NCBI GenBank assembly: GCA_963667725.2
Contig: CAXXHO010000003.1
Location: 96,001 to 160,000 of the forward strand
Length of the DNA stretch: 64,000 nt
Source of the DNA: Treponemataceae bacterium
GTDB taxonomy: Bacteria; Spirochaetota; Spirochaetia; Treponematales; Rectinemataceae
Direction: 5' to 3'
A program made the translations under genes and the position numbers. Below are positions 38,672-46,381 of the stretch, one piece after another. Each line of letters starts with the position of its first letter. Position 1 is the first letter of the stretch. Under the pieces are notes generated by a model, which was given only the letters and a program-made list of their open reading frames with translations, had not been told where the DNA came from and made no database searches.

Positions 38672-39411
38672 GATTGGGCGTCTTCGGAAGAGGGCGGCTG
38701 GGCGGAGCCATCGCGACCGAAATAGCGCGGTACACGGCCGCTCCCGACGCTCTCGAATTGGCCTGGACCGAAGGCAGGGATATGGGGCCGAGAACTCGCG
38801 TCGAGGTGGCCGTCGACGCGAGCAACGCCGCCGCCGTGGAGGAACACCTGGAATGGGCGCTCCGGAGCGGAACCGATCTCGTCATCGCCACTACCGGCTG
38901 GAAAATTCCCGATCTGAACGAAAGAGTGGGCGGGCGCATCGGCGTTCTCGTGGCCTCCAACCTCAGCATGGGCGTCGCGCTGATGCGCCGACTCGCCCTC
39001 ATGGTCGGAGCCTACGCGGCGATGGATCAGGATTCGGACATCGGCATCATCGAGCACCATCATAAGATGAAGCAGGACGCGCCATCGGGCACTGCCCTCA
39101 ACCTGGCGCTCGCGATCCAGTCCTCCTGTCCTCGCTATACGGGATGGAACATGGGATCCAACGAAAAAGACAAGATAAACATGGCATCCCTGCGCACGGG
39201 GTACGAAATCGGGAGACACGAACTCACGCTCGACTCCGCTTTCGAGACGCTGACCATTACCCATCGCGCCAAGGACAGGCGGGTCTTCGCCTCAGGGGCG
39301 ATGCGGGGAGCCACATGGATATGGGGACGCAAGGGTGTCTTCACGATGGACGATTTCGCCTCCGAGGAATTCGGGGGAAGGAAGCCGGCGCGAAATCCGG
39401 CGGGAGCGTAA
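38668..39411 (+). CDS. dapB: 4-hydroxy-tetrahydrodipicolinate reductase
   Basis: GRGRLG, VIATTGW, ASNLSMG and EHHHKMKQDAPSGTA motifs; ATGA overlap with lysC. Confidence 0.92.
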   Translation: MRLGVFGRGRLGGAIATEIARYTAAPDALELAWTEGRDMGPRTRVEVAVDASNAAAVEEHLEWALRSGTDLVIATTGWKIPDLNERVGGRIGVLVASNLSMGVALMRRLALMVGAYAAMDQDSDIGIIEHHHKMKQDAPSGTALNLALAIQSSCPRYTGWNMGSNEKDKINMASLRTGYEIGRHELTLDSAFETLTITHRAKDRRVFASGAMRGATWIWGRKGVFTMDDFASEEFGGRKPARNPAGA

Positions 39412-39412
39412 A

Positions 39413-40444
39413 ATGATTGCGAATACTGCTTTACATGGATTGGGTGTCGCCGTGGCGACTCCTTTCGATGCCGACGGCCGCGTGGATTTCCAGGCTTTCG
39501 GCCGGCTCCTGGATTTTTTAGCCGGGACGGGAACGAACTCCGGCGCGGGAGCGGGCGCGCGGGCTGCCTCGCGGGCAAACATGTCGTCGCTTCTGAGCGC
39601 GCCCGCTAGTACCGCGGCTGAATTCCAGGCGGCGGAGTGCGGAGGCTGCGATTTCCTGGTGGTGCTGGGCTCCACGGGGGAAGCCGCGACCGTCGAAGCC
39701 GACGAGCGGCGCGACATCATACGATTCGCGGTCGAGCACGCGCACGGGCTCCCTGTCGTCATCGGGACCGGCTCCAATTCGACCGGAGCCTGCGTCCGCC
39801 TCACCGCGGAGGCCGCTTCCCTCGGGGCCGACGCCGTGCTCGTTGTCACGCCCTTCTACAACAAGCCCACTCCCGACGGTCTCGTGGCGCATTTTTCGGC
39901 CGTAGCCGAGGCGGCCGCCAAGTCCGCGGCCAACGCAGCGGGAAACGTACCCGTTGTCGTTTACAATGTCCCCGGACGCACGGGGCTCAACCTCATTCCT
40001 TCCACGCTCGCGAGACTCTGGAAAATTCCGGGCATTCTCGCGGTGAAAGAGTCCTCGGGCAATCTCGCCCAGATTGGCGAAATCGCCAGGACGCTTCCCG
40101 AGGGCAAGATTCTCCTGTCGGGCGACGACGCTCTCGCGCTGCCCGCTTTGGCCGTAGGCGCCTCCGGGCTCATAAGCGTGGCGGGCAACGTCCTTCCGCG
40201 GCGCGTCAAGGCCATGCTGGACGCGGCGATGGCCGGAAGGCGCGAGGAGTCTATCGCGATACACCAAGCCCTGCTTCCCTTCATGGACGCGCTTTTCCTC
40301 GAATCCAATCCCATCCCCCTCAAAGCAGCCCTCGCGCTCACCGGCCTCGCCGGCGAGGCACTCCGCCTGCCCCTGGCCCCCGCATCGGGCGGGACAAGAT
40401 CGGCGCTCGCCAAGGCTTTGAGCCCATTTCTGGAGGTAAAATGA
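39413..40444 (+). CDS. dapA: 4-hydroxy-tetrahydrodipicolinate synthase
   Basis: TPF, GSTGE, TPFYNKP, YNVPGRTG, VKESSG, SGDD and ESNPIPLK motifs; carries a low-complexity insertion. Confidence 0.93.
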   Translation: MIANTALHGLGVAVATPFDADGRVDFQAFGRLLDFLAGTGTNSGAGAGARAASRANMSSLLSAPASTAAEFQAAECGGCDFLVVLGSTGEAATVEADERRDIIRFAVEHAHGLPVVIGTGSNSTGACVRLTAEAASLGADAVLVVTPFYNKPTPDGLVAHFSAVAEAAAKSAANAAGNVPVVVYNVPGRTGLNLIPSTLARLWKIPGILAVKESSGNLAQIGEIARTLPEGKILLSGDDALALPALAVGASGLISVAGNVLPRRVKAMLDAAMAGRREESIAIHQALLPFMDALFLESNPIPLKAALALTGLAGEALRLPLAPASGGTRSALAKALSPFLEVK

Positions 40445-41247
40445 TGAGCGACGGCATAGCTGCAGCCCTCGAGGCTGCCTTCCAGGAAAAAGGCTCGCTG
40501 GATTCCGGCGGCTGGGAATCCTTCCTCCAGGCCCTGGAATCGGGCGAACTGGCGGCCACCCGCCAGGATGAAAACGGCGAATGGCAGGCGGTCTCCTGGG
40601 TGAAGAAAGCCATACTTTCCGGATTCAAGGCCGGCGGACTGGCCGTCTGGGATTGGCCGGGTGGAGCTTTCGACAGGCCGGCCTTCCCTCCGCGCAGCTT
40701 CAAAGCCGAGGACGGCGTGCGGGTGGTACCCGGCGGCACCTCCTCGCGACGAGGCGCCCACATCGCTTCCGGCGTCGTCATCATGCCTCCATCCTATATC
40801 AATGTGGGCGCCTCTATCGGCTCGGGGACCATGGTGGACAGCCATGTCCTCGTGGGCTCCTGCGCCCGAGTGGGCGAACATGTCCACCTCTCCGCCGGCG
40901 TCCAGGTGGGAGGCGTGCTCGAGCCTCCCCAGGCGAGGCCCGTGGTCATCGAGGATGGAGCCTTCATTGGCGGCCTCTGCGGCATTTTCGAGGGAATCGT
41001 CATCAGGAAGAACGCCGTCCTGGCTCCCGGCACCATTCTTTCGAGGTCGACGCGGATTTTCGACATCGTCAATGGAAGGGAATGGATAGGCGAGGTGCCC
41101 GAATCGGCGGTGGTCGTGCCCGGCGCCCGTCCCGCCAGGGGCGAGTACGCCGCTTCGCAAGGGCTTTCCCTTCAGGCTCCTGTCATCGTAAAGTATCGCG
41201 ATAAAGGCACTGAAGCTTCGGTCGCTCTGGAATCCGCGCTGCGGTGA
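40441..41247 (+). CDS. dapD: Tetrahydrodipicolinate N-succinyltransferase
   Basis: WVKKAIL, RVVPGG, MPPSYINVGA, MVDSH..VGSCA and GGVLEP motifs; hexapeptide repeats. Confidence 0.92.
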   Translation: MMSDGIAAALEAAFQEKGSLDSGGWESFLQALESGELAATRQDENGEWQAVSWVKKAILSGFKAGGLAVWDWPGGAFDRPAFPPRSFKAEDGVRVVPGGTSSRRGAHIASGVVIMPPSYINVGASIGSGTMVDSHVLVGSCARVGEHVHLSAGVQVGGVLEPPQARPVVIEDGAFIGGLCGIFEGIVIRKNAVLAPGTILSRSTRIFDIVNGREWIGEVPESAVVVPGARPARGEYAASQGLSLQAPVIVKYRDKGTEASVALESALR

Positions 41248-41320
41248 CACTCACCCCTGAATCCGGTTCGCGCCGAAAGCCTTCCCGGAACGGGCTTCCC
41301 TGCCTTCATGGAGAAATGCT

Positions 41321-42130
41321 GTGAAATACAAACTTGGGATCATCGGAGCCGGAAAAATCGGCGAAGCGATACTGTCAGGCACCTTCTCGAAAAAGCTTTA
41401 CGCTCCCGGCGAGGTGGTTCTGTCGGTGAGAACCGAATCGCACCGGAAGGATCTGGAAGACCGGCTTGGCGTCGCCGCCACGCTCGACAACCGCCATGTC
41501 GCCGCGAACGCCGATATCATTCTCGTCGCGGTCAAGCCCAAGGCTCTCGTCGATATACTGAATTCCATCGCCGACTGCCTTTCGCCGGGGGTTCTGATAA
41601 TCTCGACGGTGGCGGGCGTTTCCATCGACATGATCGAATCGCGCGTCCCGGCCTTTGTGGGGGTGATCAGGGCTATGCCCAACCTCGCCGTGTCGGTGGG
41701 AGAGGGCATGACGGTGATTTCCTGCGGAAAGAACGCGTCGGAGGCCCAGGTGGGGAAGGCCGAAGAACTTTTCGGATCCGTCGGAAGGGTGCAGAAACTT
41801 GAGGAACAGCATATGGACGCCGTGACGGGGCTTTCCGGTTCCGGTCCGGCCTATATCTATATCGTCATCGAATCGCTCGCGGACGGCGGCGTCAAGATGG
41901 GACTCCCCAGGGATGCGGCCATCCAGATGGCGGCGCAGACGGTGCTCGGCGCGGCCAAGACTGTCCTCGTGACCGGGGAACACCCCGCCAAGCTGAAGGA
42001 TCAGGTGACGACCCCGGCCGGCGTGACCATCGACGGCATCATGGAGCTGGAGGAGGGGGGCTTGCGGGTTACCCTCATCAAAGCCGTGGTGAAAGCGACC
42101 GAGAGGGCTCGACAGCTACTTCACAAGTAA
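41321..42130 (+). CDS. proC: Pyrroline-5-carboxylate reductase
   Basis: IIGAGKIG, VAVKP, IRAMPN, TGLSGSGPAY and LKDQVTTPAGVT motifs. Confidence 0.95.
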   Translation: MKYKLGIIGAGKIGEAILSGTFSKKLYAPGEVVLSVRTESHRKDLEDRLGVAATLDNRHVAANADIILVAVKPKALVDILNSIADCLSPGVLIISTVAGVSIDMIESRVPAFVGVIRAMPNLAVSVGEGMTVISCGKNASEAQVGKAEELFGSVGRVQKLEEQHMDAVTGLSGSGPAYIYIVIESLADGGVKMGLPRDAAIQMAAQTVLGAAKTVLVTGEHPAKLKDQVTTPAGVTIDGIMELEEGGLRVTLIKAVVKATERARQLLHK

Positions 42131-42145
42131 GGCTATATTCCTTGT

Positions 42146-43354
42146 CTATTCCCTGCTGAGGATGGAAGTCAGAAGCTGGCGGAGCTTGGCGGGGAGGGGC
42201 AGGGACTTTCCTAGCGTCTTGTTGCGCGGGGCTATTTCAGACAGAATTTTCTGCGCGAAAATCTGAGCCCGGCGCGTCAGTTCGTTGTTGGAGAGCGGGA
42301 CCGAATTCTCGAGGGCGTCCAGGATTTTCTTGCTTTTGCTCGAGGCTATGCAGGAGAAAAGCCTGTCGTGGGCGATCGGCTCCATGGCCTGTATCAGCGA
42401 GGCGGCCAGTTTCGGATTCATGGCCGAAACCACCGATTTCAGGACATGTTCATCCAGTTCGAGGATGAGATTGCTGATGTCCGACACGAGCCCTTCATCG
42501 ACATCCATCAGCCATTCTTCGGCCTCGCTTCCCATGTCGGGGTTGGGCTCGGTTCTAAATGACGTCAGCAATTCGATAAAGGCATTCTGCGCGTCGGTCA
42601 ATTCTTCCGAGGAAAATTTGCTTCTCGCGTTCCTGATATCCCAATCGATGAGGATCTGTCCGAGCGGCGTATAGGCGAGCGACTTTATGTACTCTATCGT
42701 CTGCCCGGGACAGCCGGCGAGGGTCGCCGCCATCAGCTGTGGGCCGGCAAGGCGGACGGCTTGGCTGATGGAACCCGGAGAAGTGTTCTTGCCCGGCACG
42801 ATATCGGGCAAGTCGCCCGGGATTATCAATTCCTCATCCTCATTCTTGTCGGAATTGAAGTTTTCGATGAGCCATTTCTCGACGAGGTCGAAAACGGAAA
42901 AGCCGAGGAAGGCAGTCATCGTGCGCATGATCACGATAGGGTGAGCGTTTTTTAGCGCCAGTTCGGTCCCCGCTATGATCATCTCCGCTTCGAAATCTTC
43001 CTGGGGCGGCGTGTTTCCGCAGAGACCAGCCGCGACGAAGGCCTGTCTGACAGAGTCGGACGGCGAAGCCGAAGCGATGAGGGAATAGGCGAATTTGTGG
43101 AGCTTTTTCTTTTCATCGTGCGAGACCGCGAGGAGCTGATCCTTTCCCGCGATCTGGAATTGGTTCATGACAAGCGTGAAGCGTTTAGCGGACTCGATGA
43201 GAGTATTTGTCCGCCGCGGACTGAGTCCGTAAACCGTCCGCCAGCTGTCCCGCGAATCGTCGGGAGTCGGTTGGCTCTCGATTTTCTCGGGCAGGGTTAT
43301 CCCTTCGCGATGATAGAACGTCTGCTGGGCTCTGCATAATGAGTTGATGATCAT
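42146..43354 (-). CDS. Hypothetical protein: MotA-cytoplasmic-like domain fused to two degenerate FliG C-terminal-like repeats
   Basis: Start at ATG 43354 overlaps the upstream stop (ATGA). ELDEHVLKSVVSAMNPKLAASLIQAMEPIAHDRLFSCIASSKSKKILDALENSVPLSNNELTRRAQ and GSISQAVRLAGPQLMAATLAGCP...EELTDAQNAFI follow the FliG_C pattern. Confidence 0.6.
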   Translation of the reverse strand: MIINSLCRAQQTFYHREGITLPEKIESQPTPDDSRDSWRTVYGLSPRRTNTLIESAKRFTLVMNQFQIAGKDQLLAVSHDEKKKLHKFAYSLIASASPSDSVRQAFVAAGLCGNTPPQEDFEAEMIIAGTELALKNAHPIVIMRTMTAFLGFSVFDLVEKWLIENFNSDKNEDEELIIPGDLPDIVPGKNTSPGSISQAVRLAGPQLMAATLAGCPGQTIEYIKSLAYTPLGQILIDWDIRNARSKFSSEELTDAQNAFIELLTSFRTEPNPDMGSEAEEWLMDVDEGLVSDISNLILELDEHVLKSVVSAMNPKLAASLIQAMEPIAHDRLFSCIASSKSKKILDALENSVPLSNNELTRRAQIFAQKILSEIAPRNKTLGKSLPLPAKLRQLLTSILSRE

Positions 43355-43812
43355 AATGCCTTGGGGTTGTTTTCGGCGTCCAGGGCCTTGAGGAGCGAGT
43401 AGGCTTTTTCGGCGCCGCAATAAGGGACCAGTTTTCTAAGGAGCAGTTCGCGGGAATCTCCGGCGGCTATCGAAAGCAGCGCTTCGACGTACATGCATTG
43501 TTTGAGAAACTCGAAACCGCTGTACGCGCTTGTCGAAAGGTAGATCGCCAGAATTCCCTCGAGGGCTTCCGTCGACAAACCTTCGGCGATGAGGCGGAAT
43601 CCATAATACAGCATAGGCGATTGATCGATTTTTGACCGATCGGGCTTCGACTGATCGGCTAAAGGCAGATCCGCCGAAGCGAGGGGCAAGATTCCCTCAT
43701 TTCTGGTCTTGTCCGAAATCGCGAGCAGTTCCTGGACAATAGCGGGGAGGGCGGCCTTCTCCTTGTCGGAACAGGCAAGTCTTTTTGTCAGTTCGGCGTT
43801 CCAAAGTATCAT
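43351..43812 (-). CDS. Hypothetical soluble protein resembling the MotA cytoplasmic domain without TM helices
   Basis: ISDKTRNEGILPL, MLYYGFRLIAEGLSTEALEGIL and YVEALLSIAAGDSRELLLRKL parallel MotA ARREGLLALE, FL..GL.L..DG....I..IL and EG.LSIQ.GENP..I..KL. GGAG SD. Confidence 0.6.
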   Translation of the reverse strand: MILWNAELTKRLACSDKEKAALPAIVQELLAISDKTRNEGILPLASADLPLADQSKPDRSKIDQSPMLYYGFRLIAEGLSTEALEGILAIYLSTSAYSGFEFLKQCMYVEALLSIAAGDSRELLLRKLVPYCGAEKAYSLLKALDAENNPKAL

Positions 43813-43878
43813 CCAAAACTCCAGGATCCCGCGATATGATCGTACTATTATGTAGCCAATATATTGGACTTGCCTATA

Positions 43879-44463
43879 CTATAAAGCTTGTTTTCCGTCC
43901 TGGCAATGCCGGAATATTTCGCCGCTGAGGGTCTCGAGCATAGGGGCGAGGGGAGCTTCCCCGATCTTAAAACGCTTTATGGAAAAAATGCCTGAGGCCG
44001 TCTTGAGCCTGTCGGCAAAGGCCTGTTCAAGACTCGGTCTGACGGTCACTAAAAGCGGATAGTCTCCGTTCCTCGCGAGCCACGAGGCGATCTCGAAAAA
44101 GCCGCCTCCCTCGTTGGCTTCCAGCGGACCCATCTCGTCCAGGATGACGGGGCCGCAGCCCTTCCGGACAGCTTCCCTGACTCTGGATTCAGCCCAGAGA
44201 AAAGCTTTCGAAGAAAAACTGAAGGGAGGATAGGGCTTGGACGCATCGGAACGGGAGGACTGCCGGACGGCGAGAGGGATTTCGTCTCCCTGGGCTAGAT
44301 CGCGCAGAAGTAGGGTCAAAGGAATTCCTTGGGGGTCTCTCAGGTTTTCTTCGACGATGGCGAAGGGGAAGGGGGATTCGGTCTTCAGCGTCTGGAAGAG
44401 AGCCTTGCAGAACGATGTTTTTCCGGCACGCATCGAACCGGTAAGGAGGATAAGCTCGCGCAT
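43879..44463 (-). CDS. P-loop NTPase (THEP1/DUF2478-like)
   Basis: LLTGSMRAGKTS (Walker A), VILDEMGPLE (Walker B) and LLVTVR. Confidence 0.8.
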   Translation of the reverse strand: MRELILLTGSMRAGKTSFCKALFQTLKTESPFPFAIVEENLRDPQGIPLTLLLRDLAQGDEIPLAVRQSSRSDASKPYPPFSFSSKAFLWAESRVREAVRKGCGPVILDEMGPLEANEGGGFFEIASWLARNGDYPLLVTVRPSLEQAFADRLKTASGIFSIKRFKIGEAPLAPMLETLSGEIFRHCQDGKQAL

Positions 44464-44557
44464 GAGTCATTCTCCCCTGTCCGCGAGGCCTTGTCCAGTA
44501 ATGAAGTACTGATTGCGGTAAATTCAACAATTTTCGTAAAAACGTGACCACATTCAC

Positions 44558-44587
44558 TTGACACGAACATGCGGCTCTTGTTATGTT
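44558..44587 (+). promoter_or_regulatory. Sigma-70-type promoter upstream of the candidate sRNA
   Basis: TTGACA (44558-44563) and TGn-TATGTT (44582-44587). Confidence 0.6.
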
Positions 44588-44593
44588 TCTAAT

Positions 44594-44706
44594 TGAAATA
44601 ACGGTTTGGCAACGACGGCGAAACGCTGCCAGATCATTTTTAGGACAGCCTTGCTGTCACGAGCTTCTCGGGGTCAGCCTCCTTCCCCGAGAAGCTCTTT
44701 TATTTT
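44594..44706 (+). ncRNA. Candidate small RNA (three stem-loops, intrinsic terminator with an anti-SD loop)
   Basis: Promoter, hairpins at 44603-44635 and 44644-44658, and a perfect 13-bp terminator stem at 44661-44697 with a U-rich tail. No SD-led ORF inside. No known family recognised. Confidence 0.5.
44661..44706 (+). terminator. Intrinsic terminator
   Basis: GAGCTTCTCGGGG-TCAGCCTCCTT-CCCCGAGAAGCTC-TTTTATTTT. Confidence 0.85.
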
Positions 44707-44718
44707 ATACTCCCTCTC

Positions 44719-45480
44719 ATGGATATTGGAGAATTCGACGGCTGGTGCCGTTCCCTCTTGCAGATAGAAGCGCTCAAGGACATCGATGACTCGCTCAACG
44801 GAATCCAGGTGGGAAGATCCTCGGGGCAGATCCGGAAAGTGGCCTTCGCCGTCGACGCATGCGCCGAATCCATGCGCCGCGCGAAAGAGGCTGGCGCCGA
44901 TGTACTCTTCGTGCATCACGGATTGTTCTGGGGCAAACCGCTGCGGATCGAAGGCTGTCTCCTCGAGAGGATCAATCTTCTTCTCTCCTCCGACATGGCG
45001 CTCTACGCCTGCCATCTCCCCCTCGACATGCATCCCGAAGTCGGGAATAACGCCGTGCTGGCCAATCTCCTCTCCCTTCGCGACAGGAGCCCTTTCGGCG
45101 TCTACCATGGCATAGCGATCGGCGTTTCGGGAAGGCTGGAAAAGCCACTCGCCATCCAGGAGGTTCTTCCCCTCATCCTGCCCGACAGAACCGAACCCAG
45201 GGCGATCATCGCCTCGGGCAAAGAGAAAATCTCCACGGTCGCCATCGTTTCCGGCGGCGCTCCCTTCGAGGCTTTCCAAGCCTTCGGCAAGGATATCGAT
45301 CTGTATATAACGGGAGAGCCTTCTCATTCCGTCTACCACCAGATTGTCGAGAACAAGCTCAATTTCATCGCGGCCGGGCATTACGCCACGGAAGTCTGGG
45401 GCGTGAAGGCCGTGGCCGAAAGACTGGCGAGTGAAAAGAGCGTGGAAACATTATTCATAGATATCCCGACGGGGCTTTGA
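44719..45480 (+). CDS. Nif3-like (DUF34) dinuclear metal-centre hexameric protein
   Basis: NGIQV, AFAVDA, FVHHGLFW, YACHLPLD.HPEVGNN, YITGE and AGHYATE motifs. Confidence 0.95.
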   Translation: MDIGEFDGWCRSLLQIEALKDIDDSLNGIQVGRSSGQIRKVAFAVDACAESMRRAKEAGADVLFVHHGLFWGKPLRIEGCLLERINLLLSSDMALYACHLPLDMHPEVGNNAVLANLLSLRDRSPFGVYHGIAIGVSGRLEKPLAIQEVLPLILPDRTEPRAIIASGKEKISTVAIVSGGAPFEAFQAFGKDIDLYITGEPSHSVYHQIVENKLNFIAAGHYATEVWGVKAVAERLASEKSVETLFIDIPTGL

Positions 45481-45536
45481 TCCTTGCCGGCAAAAAAAAG
45501 CGATCGGACGTCCGAACGCTCCAGGGAACATTCCAG

Positions 45537-46097
45537 ATGGAACAGAATATCATGACGAGAAACAGGAAGAAGGGACGGCTCGCTATGATGCTGATCTCAT
45601 CCGTGCCGATCGCGATCGTCCTGGTTGACCAGTTTGCCAAGGCATGGATAGAGGGAAATATCCCCACCAACACGATAGGTTTTCGCTATATGAAGGATTT
45701 CCTCTGGATCGTGCATACGCGCAACCTGGGAATTGCCTTTTCCATCGGCGACTCCGTTTCGCGACTGCTGAGAACAGCGCTCTTCATTATCCTGCCCGCC
45801 TGTTTCATGACGGGAGCAAGCGTCTATTGCTTCGTATCGAAAAAGCTTTCTCTCATTCAGCGCTACGCCATCGCCATCATCGTAGGCGGGGGCGCGGGCA
45901 ATCTCATAGACAGGATCTTCCGTCCGGAAGGCGTCGTGGATTTCATTTCCTTTTCCCTTTTTGGAATTTTCGGCCTGGACCGCTTCCCGACCTTCAATAT
46001 CGCCGACATGTCGATAACTATCGGCGCGGCGATCCTGCTGATCAGCGGATTTCTAATGGAAGAAAAAGAATTGAGTGAAAAAGGAAACGAACCATGA
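45537..46097 (+). CDS. lspA: Lipoprotein signal peptidase II
   Basis: DQFAK, RNLGIAFS, GGGAGNLIDR, GVVDFI and FNIAD motifs. Start uncertain (45477, 45537 or 45552). Confidence 0.93.
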   Translation: MEQNIMTRNRKKGRLAMMLISSVPIAIVLVDQFAKAWIEGNIPTNTIGFRYMKDFLWIVHTRNLGIAFSIGDSVSRLLRTALFIILPACFMTGASVYCFVSKKLSLIQRYAIAIIVGGGAGNLIDRIFRPEGVVDFISFSLFGIFGLDRFPTFNIADMSITIGAAILLISGFLMEEKELSEKGNEP

Positions 46098-46369
46098 GCA
46101 AAGGCGCCAAGGCAGCGATCTTCGTGATCGTGGCATCGCTGCTGAATATCCTACTGACCGGGCTGCTGTTCGTCGCCTGCCTGGGTATCTATTCCCTTAC
46201 GCTCGGCAAGCTTCTGCCTCAGACGGCCGTGATGTGGGCCGTTGTCGCGAGCTTCGTAATCAGCATGGCCGGGACCTTCCTGATCTACAGGAAAGCCCTT
46301 GCCTTTGCCCAGAAAAAATTCAATCTCGAAGAAAAGCTGGGCTTATATCCCAAGAAACGTAATTACTGA
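46094..46369 (+). CDS. Small two-TM membrane protein, coupled to lspA
   Basis: AAGGA SD, ATGA overlap with lspA, two hydrophobic helices and a basic tail. Confidence 0.7.
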   Translation: MSKGAKAAIFVIVASLLNILLTGLLFVACLGIYSLTLGKLLPQTAVMWAVVASFVISMAGTFLIYRKALAFAQKKFNLEEKLGLYPKKRNY

Positions 46370-46381
46370 AAGGAGCATCGC

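Noticed and set aside
39637..40440. Apparent 268-aa N-terminal extension of DapD in the ORF track
   Set aside because: Arg-rich off-frame read of dapA. The true dapD start is 40441, after GGAGG.
44594..44706. Considered as a c-di-GMP, SAM, fluoride, ZTP or guanidine riboswitch, SRP RNA or tRNA
   Set aside because: The conserved cores of these families are absent by eye. Kept only as an unknown sRNA candidate.
44583..44789. 68-aa ORF across the candidate sRNA
   Set aside because: Its ATG lies within the -10 box, and it crosses a terminator and overlaps nif3.
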